From NCBI GenBank assembly GCA_016184105.1, contig JACPDI010000031.1, forward strand, positions 70,673 through 134,672: a stretch of 64,000 nucleotides of DNA. The letters run 5' to 3'. The stretch is from Acidobacteriota bacterium. Its GTDB lineage: Bacteria > Acidobacteriota > Vicinamibacteria > Vicinamibacterales > 2-12-FULL-66-21. Made by a program: the position numbers and the translations under genes. Under the pieces are notes generated by a model, which had not been told where the DNA came from, made no database searches, and saw nothing but the letters and a program-made list of their open reading frames with translations. Positions 29,670 through 35,655 of this stretch are shown piece after piece; positions within the stretch are counted from its first letter, which is position 1, and every line of letters begins with the position of its first letter.

Positions 29670-32600
29670 TCAGTGAAAGTCGCGCGCCTCGACATCAGGG
29701 CCGCCGCCGCCGAGACCGTACAACCGCTCAGCTTTAATGGACGTCACTCCTTCCTGGATTTGCAGTGTGCCTTCCACCAGCAGGTAAGCCTCGCCGACCA
29801 CCGAACGCCGCTGCTTGGCGAACAGATCCGGCCGGACGATGATGTTGGCGATGCCCGTTTCGTCTTCAAGCGTGAGAAAGACGAACCCTTTCGCGGTGCC
29901 CGGCCGCTGGCGCGCGATGACGGCGCCCGCGACGCGCACGCGGCGGCCGTGCCGCCCCTGCGGCAGATCGCAGGCGCGCAGCACGCCGCGCAGCGCCAGC
30001 TCCTGGCGCCTGAGCGACATCGGATGCGGCCCGATCGTGAGACCGGTGCCCGCATAGTCCGCCTCGATGCGCTCGGCAAGCGTCATCCGGGCCAGCGGAC
30101 TCGCGTCGGCGGGGTCGGGAACCTGGGACCCGGGATCCGAAAACAGCTCACCCGCCGGCCGCATCGCGCGCTCGATCTGCCACATCGCGGCGCGCCGCTC
30201 GTAACCGAACGCGTTGAGCGCGCCGATGTCAGCCAGCGCGCGCAGCTCGTCGCGATGCACGCCGCTGCGCGCCACGAAGTCGTCCAGGGAGGTGAAGCGC
30301 GAAGGCGGCCGGCTGCACGTGGCACGTCGCACGTCGCACGTGGCACGTGGCACGTGGACCGCCCACTCGTGCGCGCAGACGCTACAGAAGCACGTCGTCC
30401 CCACGCGCTCGATCATCGCTTCGTCGTCCGAACCGCACTTGGGGCAAATGTCACGTGCGACGTGCGACGTGCCACGGTGCGACGTGCGATCGTGCGACGT
30501 GCGATCGTGCGACGTGCGATCGTGCGACGTGCGATCGTGCGGCGGACCGGCCTGCTCGATGGCCTTTCCCGCCTCCGCGCGCAGCCCATTGACGTATCGC
30601 AGCCCGAGGCGCACGCGCCCGTCCTCCTCGATGCTGCAGCCCCACCCCGACACCTGCACGTCGATCGGCGCGAAGCGCACGCCGCGGCGCTGCGCATCCT
30701 TGACGAGCGTGGCCGGCGAGTAGAACCCCATCGGCTGGTTGTTCAGCATCGCGGTGTAGAACGCCGCCGGGTAATGCGCCTTCAGGTAGGCGCTGGCATA
30801 GACGAGCAGCGCGAAGCTCGCGGCGTGCGACTCAGGGAAGCCGTAGAGCGCGAACGACGTGATCGCGCGGATGATCTCCTCCGCCGCGTCGTCACCGATC
30901 CCCTGCTTCGCGATGCCATCGCGCAGCTTCTGTTCGATCACGCGCATCCGCTTCTCCGAGCGCTTGAAGCCGAACGCGCGGCGCAGCTCCTCCGCTTCCC
31001 CTCCCGTGAATCCCGCCGCGACCATCGCCATGCGCAGGAGCTGCTCCTGGAAGAGCGGCACGCCGAGCGTGCGCTCGAGGATCGGCGCGAGCGACGGGTG
31101 CGGGTACACCACCGGCTCCACGCCGCGGCGCCGCTTCAGGTACGGGTGCACCATCTGGCCGACGATCGGACCGGGCCGGATGATCGCCACCTCGACGACG
31201 ATGTCGTAGAAACGCTCGGGCTTCATCCGCGGCAGCGTGGCCATCTGGGCGCGTGACTCCACCTGGAAGATGCCGATCGTGTCCGCCTCCTGCAGCATGC
31301 GGTAGACCGCGGGGTCGTCGGGGGGGAGGTGGACCAAATCCAGAGGGGCCGCAGGCGCTCCTCTGGCCTCTGAATTCACAATCGTCAGCGCATCTTGAAG
31401 CACCGCCATCATCCCCAGTCCAAGCAGGTCAACCTTCACGATCCCCATGTCCGCGCAGTCGTCCTTGTCCCACTGCGCGACGACGCGGCCGGGCATGCTG
31501 GCGTTTTCGAGGGGAACGACTTCATCGAGCCGCCCCTGGCAGACGATCATGCCGCCGGAGTGCTGCCCGAGGTGCCGCGGCAGATCGTGGATGCGCTCCC
31601 ACAGGTGGCCGAACGTGCGCAGCGCCGCGTTGGCGGGATCGAGCCCCGCGTCGCGCAGGTGCCGCTCGAGCGTGTCCTTCGGGTCGATCCACTCGAAGGG
31701 GTTCATCACCTTCGCCAGGCGGTCCACCTCGCCGGGCTCCAGCCCGAGGACCTTGCCGATATCGCGCGCCGCGCTGCGCCCGCGATAGGTGATGACGTTG
31801 GCGGTCATTGCCGCACTCTGCCCTTCGGGGGCCGCACTCTGCCCTTCGGGGGGCGCGCCACGCTTCCCGTAGCGCTCGTAGACGTACTGAATCACTTGCT
31901 CGCGGCGGTCGCCGCTCGGCAGATCGAGATCGATGTCGGGCCACTCGCCGCGCTCCTCGGAAAGAAACCGTTCGAAGAGCAAATCCATCCCGACCGGGTC
32001 CACCGCGGTGATGCCCAGGCTGTAGCAGACCGCGCTGTTGGCCGCCGAGCCGCGCCCCTGCACGAGGATCCCGTGCTGCCGGCAGTAGTTCACGATGTCC
32101 CAGACGATGAGGAAGTACCCGGCGAGATCGAGCTTCTCGACGAGCGACAGCTCGCGCTCGATCTGCGCGCGCGCGCGCGCGTGGTACGGCCGATAGCGCT
32201 CGCGCGCCCCCGCGTCCGTGATCTTCCGCAGGAACGAGCCCATCGTCTCGCCGGCGGGCACGGGGTACTCGGGAAAGCGGTAGCCGAGATCGGCCATCGT
32301 GTACTGCAGGCGGTCCGCCAGATCGCGCGTCGCCGCCACCGCGTGCGGCAGATCGTGGAAGAGCACCGCCATCTGCTCCGGCGACTTGAGGTACCGCTCC
32401 GCGTTCACGCTGAGGCGCCGGCCTGCGCGCGCGATCGTCGTCTTGTGACGGAGGCACGTGAGGACGTCGTACAGCGGGCGATCGGCCGGCTCGGCAAAGC
32501 GCACGCCGTTGGTCGCGATGACGGGGACGTGAAACGCCGAGGCCAGCGACAGCAGCGCGTGGTTGTCCGATTCCTCGTCGCGGCGCAGATGGCGCTGCAG

Positions 32601-33122
32601 CTCGACGTACACGCTGCCGCGCCCGAACATGCCGACGGCGCGGTCGACGAGCCCGCCCACGCCGTGCCGCGGCCCCTGCAGCGCCTCGCGCCCGATGAGC
32701 GCGACGAGCCCCGCCGTGCGGCCGTCGAGCTCCTCGAGGTCGAGCGACCCCTCGCCTTTCGGCGCGCGGAGCTTCATCTGCGTGATCAGGCGGCAGAGAT
32801 TCTTGTAGCCAATGGCGGACTCGACGAGGACCGGGAGACGCCAGAGGGAGAAAAAGGGGTCGGGAGCCTTTTTCGAGGCGTCAACGGCGAAAAAGGCTCC
32901 CGACCCCTTTTTCTCCCTGATCGTGATCTCCGCGCCGACAATCGCGCGCAGCCCCGCTTTCTTCGCCGCCAGGTGAAATCGCGGCGCGCCGTAGAAGCCG
33001 TCTCGATCGACGAGGGCGAGCGCCGGATAGCCGAGCGCCGCCGCGCGGTCGACGAGCGCTTCGGGCAGCGAGGCGCCGTCGAGGAATGAAAAGGCCGAAG
33101 CGGAATGGAGTTCGATATACAC
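29670..33122 (-). CDS. dnaE2: Error-prone DNA polymerase III alpha subunit DnaE2 (ImuC), with several in-frame insertions
   Basis: GTG start, then MYIELHSASAFSFLDGAS PHP domain. Pol III alpha core motifs run throughout and a C-terminal OB region is present. Sits downstream of imuA-imuB. Confidence 0.9.
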   Translation of the reverse strand: MYIELHSASAFSFLDGASLPEALVDRAAALGYPALALVDRDGFYGAPRFHLAAKKAGLRAIVGAEITIREKKGSGAFFAVDASKKAPDPFFSLWRLPVLVESAIGYKNLCRLITQMKLRAPKGEGSLDLEELDGRTAGLVALIGREALQGPRHGVGGLVDRAVGMFGRGSVYVELQRHLRRDEESDNHALLSLASAFHVPVIATNGVRFAEPADRPLYDVLTCLRHKTTIARAGRRLSVNAERYLKSPEQMAVLFHDLPHAVAATRDLADRLQYTMADLGYRFPEYPVPAGETMGSFLRKITDAGARERYRPYHARARAQIERELSLVEKLDLAGYFLIVWDIVNYCRQHGILVQGRGSAANSAVCYSLGITAVDPVGMDLLFERFLSEERGEWPDIDLDLPSGDRREQVIQYVYERYGKRGAPPEGQSAAPEGQSAAMTANVITYRGRSAARDIGKVLGLEPGEVDRLAKVMNPFEWIDPKDTLERHLRDAGLDPANAALRTFGHLWERIHDLPRHLGQHSGGMIVCQGRLDEVVPLENASMPGRVVAQWDKDDCADMGIVKVDLLGLGMMAVLQDALTIVNSEARGAPAAPLDLVHLPPDDPAVYRMLQEADTIGIFQVESRAQMATLPRMKPERFYDIVVEVAIIRPGPIVGQMVHPYLKRRRGVEPVVYPHPSLAPILERTLGVPLFQEQLLRMAMVAAGFTGGEAEELRRAFGFKRSEKRMRVIEQKLRDGIAKQGIGDDAAEEIIRAITSFALYGFPESHAASFALLVYASAYLKAHYPAAFYTAMLNNQPMGFYSPATLVKDAQRRGVRFAPIDVQVSGWGCSIEEDGRVRLGLRYVNGLRAEAGKAIEQAGPPHDRTSHDRTSHDRTSHDRTSHRGTSHVARDICPKCGSDDEAMIERVGTTCFCSVCAHEWAVHVPRATCDVRRATCSRPPSRFTSLDDFVARSGVHRDELRALADIGALNAFGYERRAAMWQIERAMRPAGELFSDPGSQVPDPADASPLARMTLAERIEADYAGTGLTIGPHPMSLRRQELALRGVLRACDLPQGRHGRRVRVAGAVIARQRPGTAKGFVFLTLEDETGIANIIVRPDLFAKQRRSVVGEAYLLVEGTLQIQEGVTSIKAERLYGLGGGGPDVEARDFH
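30315..30356 (+). repeat. Heptamer tandem array (GCACGTS x6) inside dnaE2
   Basis: gcacgtg gcacgtc gcacgtc gcacgtg gcacgtg gcacgtg, 42 nt. On the coding strand it translates as VHVPRATCDVRRATC. Confidence 0.9.
30452..30540 (+). repeat. Inverted-orientation heptamer / 15-mer tandem array (SACGTGC units; gacgtgcgatcgtgc x4) inside dnaE2
   Basis: cacgtgc gacgtgc gacgtgc cacggtgc, then four copies of gacgtgc-gatcgtgc. Encodes (HDRTS)x4. The units are the reverse complement of those at 30315-30356. Confidence 0.9.
31810..31851 (+). repeat. Perfect 21-bp tandem duplication inside dnaE2
   Basis: gccgcactctgcccttcgggg x2, encoding PEGQSAA-PEGQSAA. Confidence 0.9.
32846..32917 (+). repeat. 72-nt perfect palindromic element inserted in frame in dnaE2
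   Basis: 28-nt arms gggagaaaaaggggtcgggagccttttt / aaaaaggctcccgacccctttttctccc around a 16-nt loop. 24 codons (EKKGSGAFFAVDASKKAPDPFFSL). Confidence 0.9.
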
Positions 33123-33191
33123 GAAGGTTCACACGAAGGTTCACACGAAGGTTCACGCGAAGGCTCACGCGAAGGCTCGCACGAAGGTTCG
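33120..33191 (+). repeat. 12-bp tandem array x6 abutting the dnaE2 start codon (imuB-dnaE2 spacer)
   Basis: cacgaaggttca x3, cgcgaaggctca, cgcgaaggctcg, cacgaaggttcg. On the coding strand the units read TGAACCTTCGTG, and the last GTG is the dnaE2 start. Confidence 0.9.
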
Positions 33192-33248
33192 ACCGCGCGC
33201 TCTGAATCCTCGCCGGAACCACCGTTCGAACCCTCGTGAGAACCTTCG

Positions 33249-34721
33249 TCAGTCCAGAATCCCCTCTACAAACCACCTGTCCTCGTGACGATCGCGGCAG
33301 ATCCGGTAGGCCGCGCCGTCGGCGAGCGTTACGTCGTATTCATCGCGGTCCCAGCAGGCGCCGGGGTCGCGGCCGCTCCACCAGCCGCCGGACGATCGCC
33401 ACGGCCCGGCGCACTGCTCCACCGCGCCGCCGCGGATGCCAATCCGATCCGTGGTCACGCGCGCCACCCGCTCGCCCTCGAGCGCCACGCGCGCGACAAC
33501 GGGGATGCGAAAGCGTCGCAGAACAGGTCTCGCCTTCGCGCTTCGCGCTTCGGCGCAGCTGGCGCCCCTGTTCGCGCTTCGCGCTTCGGCGGGCGCGAAC
33601 GGCGCGAGCGTGAACGCGTCCGGCGCGTGCGAGTCGAGGAGCACCGGCGAGCCCACGCGTCCCTCTCCCATCAGCGCCGTCAGCCTCGACACCACCGTCG
33701 CGATCGTTTCGGGCTGCGTCCCGGCGCGCTCGAGCAGCGAGAACTGGACGATGCGTCCCGGGGCCGGCTCGAGCCGGACGGCGATACGATCGATGCCCGC
33801 CGGCGGCGGATGGGACTCGAGATCGAGCAGGATGAGCGTGCGCAGCACGCGCGCCTCGCGCATCGGCGCGGGCAGCTCGATGCGCCGCACGTGCGTCTCG
33901 CGCGTCTTCGTCCCGTCCGCATCCACGCGGGCGGTCACGAGCGTGAGCGTCGTCTCGAGAACGGCTGCGCCGCGATCGGCGCGCTCGAGCGCGGCGCTCA
34001 ACGGATCGAGCAGCCGCGTGAGCACGAACGACACCGGCTGCAGCGCGTCGAGCGGCCACTCGAGATCGAAGGACGCCTCGAAGCGCGCCTCGTCGAGGAC
34101 CGGCACGAGCGGCTGCGTGTCGAGGCCGCGCGCGAACCGCTGCAGCACGACGCCGGCCTGGCCGAGCCGCGCCGCCAGATCGGCCGCGGGCAGCGCCGCG
34201 AGATCGCCGAGCGTGACCAGCCCCCATCGGCGCAGCGTGGCAAGCTCGGTGCACGCGCCGCCCGGCTCGCCGCAACGGCCGGGCGCGCCGGCCAGGCGGC
34301 ACAACGCGCAGGCGCGAACAAGGGGCCGGGAGCCTTTTTTCTGCAGCCGCGGCGGTAAAAAGGCTCCCGGCCCCTTGTTCGCCGCCAGCGTGTCGAACAC
34401 CTCCAGCGACAGCGCGCCCACGGCGGCCGCGGTCCTCCCCGGCAGGACGACGCTGTACGGCTGCGCGATGGCGAGCAGGAGGGCCGCCGTGCGGGAGGGC
34501 GCGACCGCCACCGACACGGTCACGTGCGGCGTGCGACGTGCGGCGTGCGACAGTTCTTCCGCGATCGCCGCGGCATCGCCAACGATGCGCGTGAGGCCGG
34601 CGGTGTCGATGAGCACCAGCCGCCCGCCGAGCTGCGGCTCGACGCGCGGCGAACACGCCTGTGCCGCGGCAAGCAGCGCAGCGGCATCCTTACTGTCCGG
34701 GCTGAACAGTGCGGCGAACAC
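33249..34721 (-). CDS. imuB: ImuB, Y-family-polymerase-like mutasome subunit
   Basis: Position between imuA and dnaE2, and VFAALFSP...LVLIDTAGLTRIVG N-terminus. I propose the GTG at 34721, preceded by GGAGG-containing repeats. The ORF-track start at 34829 lies inside imuA. Confidence 0.75.
   Translation of the reverse strand: MFAALFSPDSKDAAALLAAAQACSPRVEPQLGGRLVLIDTAGLTRIVGDAAAIAEELSHAARRTPHVTVSVAVAPSRTAALLLAIAQPYSVVLPGRTAAAVGALSLEVFDTLAANKGPGAFLPPRLQKKGSRPLVRACALCRLAGAPGRCGEPGGACTELATLRRWGLVTLGDLAALPAADLAARLGQAGVVLQRFARGLDTQPLVPVLDEARFEASFDLEWPLDALQPVSFVLTRLLDPLSAALERADRGAAVLETTLTLVTARVDADGTKTRETHVRRIELPAPMREARVLRTLILLDLESHPPPAGIDRIAVRLEPAPGRIVQFSLLERAGTQPETIATVVSRLTALMGEGRVGSPVLLDSHAPDAFTLAPFAPAEARSANRGASCAEARSAKARPVLRRFRIPVVARVALEGERVARVTTDRIGIRGGAVEQCAGPWRSSGGWWSGRDPGACWDRDEYDVTLADGAAYRICRDRHEDRWFVEGILD
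33535..33606 (+). repeat. Imperfect 36-nt tandem duplication inside imuB
   Basis: ttcgcgcttcgcgcttcggcg occurs at 33535-33555 and at 33571-33591. Encodes the AEARSA...AEARSA repeat. Confidence 0.75.
34314..34382 (+). repeat. 69-nt perfect palindromic element inserted in frame in imuB (same family as 32846-32917)
   Basis: 26-nt arms gcgaacaaggggccgggagccttttt / aaaaaggctcccggccccttgttcgc around a 17-nt loop. 23 codons (ANKGPGAFLPPRLQKKGSRPLVR). Confidence 0.9.
34521..34548 (+). repeat. Heptamer array (cacgtgc ggcgtgc gacgtgc ggcgtgc) inside imuB
   Basis: Same SRCGTGC unit family and orientation as 30452-30540. Confidence 0.8.
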
Positions 34722-35493
34722 TCCCCGAACCTCCGTGCGCACCTCCGTGCGAACCTCCGTGCGAAGCCCGCCCCAGCACGCGCGCCTGCGGCGCAATCCC
34801 GTCGAACAGCCGCGCGCGCGCCGACGCACCGCGCCACCGGGGCGCGGCGGCGCCGCCGAGCACGATCGTCACGCCCCCCGCGCTGCGGCCGGCGCGCTCG
34901 GGCGCGACGAGCAGCGCGGCGGTGGATCCCCCTTCGATCAGCCGCGCCAGGCGAAGCCAGGTCGTGAACGGCAGCCGCCGCAGGACGGGCGGCGGCACGT
35001 CGGCGAGATCGCAGACCGCGAGGCCGAAGGCGCGCGACTCCAGCACGACGGTGAACGCCTTGAGCGCGCGCTCCACTGCACGCCAAAGCGATGAGGTGTT
35101 TCCCGGCGCCGCGTGCCCGCTCGCGCGGATCGCCTCGACGCTGGCCGCCACGCCGCGCACCCACAACAGGTTCCCGAGCTGCACCCCCGTGGCCGCCGCC
35201 GACTCCACATCGAACCGATCCAGCGCGTCCACCAGCGCCGCCGCCCCGCCGGCCGCGGTCGCCGACGCAAGCGCGGCACACATGAGCGTGGTCCGCCCGG
35301 TGGAGCGCGCTCCCGCAATCTCCGACAGCTCACCCCGCGGCAATCCACCGCCAAGCCGCGCGTCGATCTCGGCATGGCCGAGCGGCAGCAGCGGCCGCCC
35401 GGCGTCGAGCGCCGGGCGCAGGTGCGTCAGCGTGGCGTCGAGCTTTTTCGCGCGAAGCAGCGATTCGAGGTGGGCGCGGGCCGCGGCAGCCAT
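34690..35493 (-). CDS. imuA: ImuA, RecA/SulA-like mutasome subunit
   Basis: LPLGHAEIDARLGGGLPRGELSEIAGARSTGRTTL Walker-like segment. First gene of the cassette. ATG at 35493. Confidence 0.75.
   Translation of the reverse strand: MAAAARAHLESLLRAKKLDATLTHLRPALDAGRPLLPLGHAEIDARLGGGLPRGELSEIAGARSTGRTTLMCAALASATAAGGAAALVDALDRFDVESAAATGVQLGNLLWVRGVAASVEAIRASGHAAPGNTSSLWRAVERALKAFTVVLESRAFGLAVCDLADVPPPVLRRLPFTTWLRLARLIEGGSTAALLVAPERAGRSAGGVTIVLGGAAAPRWRGASARARLFDGIAPQARVLGRASHGGSHGGAHGGSGSVRRTVQPGQ
34727..34762 (+). repeat. 12-bp tandem array x3 at the imuA 3' end / imuB start
   Basis: gaacctccgtgc gcacctccgtgc gaacctccgtgc. The coding strand reads GCACGGAGGTTC, so each unit contains GGAGG. Encodes (SHGG)x3 at the ImuA C-terminus. 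The unit resembles the reverse complement of the 33120-33191 unit. Confidence 0.85.
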
Positions 35494-35538
35494 GGTGTCC
35501 GGTCGAGGTGTTTCGCTTTTATTTCGCCTGCCGGACGC

Positions 35539-35568
35539 AGTATAAACCACCCAGCGACGCTGGGGCAA
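35539..35568 (-). promoter_or_regulatory. Candidate sigma70-type promoter of imuA with a palindrome in the spacer
   Basis: The minus strand reads TTGCCC-N18-TATACT. The spacer contains the inverted repeat CCAGCG-t-CGCTGG (35551-35563). The -10 lies about 46 nt upstream of the imuA ATG. Confidence 0.3.
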
Positions 35569-35578
35569 CATCGCCGCG

Positions 35579-35630
35579 GAACACGCAGAACACGCGGAAA
35601 AATACGGGATCCTGCGTGTTCAGCGCGTTC
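35579..35630. promoter_or_regulatory. Inverted repeat with GAAC/GTTC tetrads in the imuA / MFS divergent region (candidate operator)
   Basis: GAACACGCAGAAC ... 26 nt ... GTTCAGCGCGTTC. The inner arms GAACACGCAG / CTGCGTGTTC are perfectly complementary over 10 nt. Confidence 0.35.
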
Positions 35631-35655
35631 CGCGGCGCAGCCCTCTCCTGCTAAG

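Noticed and set aside
30300-30560. Intein in DnaE2
   Set aside because: The insert is only ~85 aa. It lacks the N-terminal Cys/Ser plus block A/B motifs, lacks a C-terminal HN followed by Cys/Ser/Thr, and has no homing-endonuclease motifs.
30315-34762. Possibility that the short tandem arrays are CRISPR arrays
   Set aside because: The units are 7-15 bp and directly abut one another without spacers. They lie inside or between imu genes, and no cas genes are nearby.
35579-35630. Canonical alphaproteobacterial/Acidobacterium LexA box GTTC-N7-GTTC, or the Myxococcus-type CTRHAMRYBYGTTCAGS box
   Set aside because: The GAAC/GTTC tetrads are spaced by 5 nt, not 7. The 10 nt preceding GTTCAGC do not fit the Myxococcus consensus. 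I kept it only as an unclassified candidate operator.
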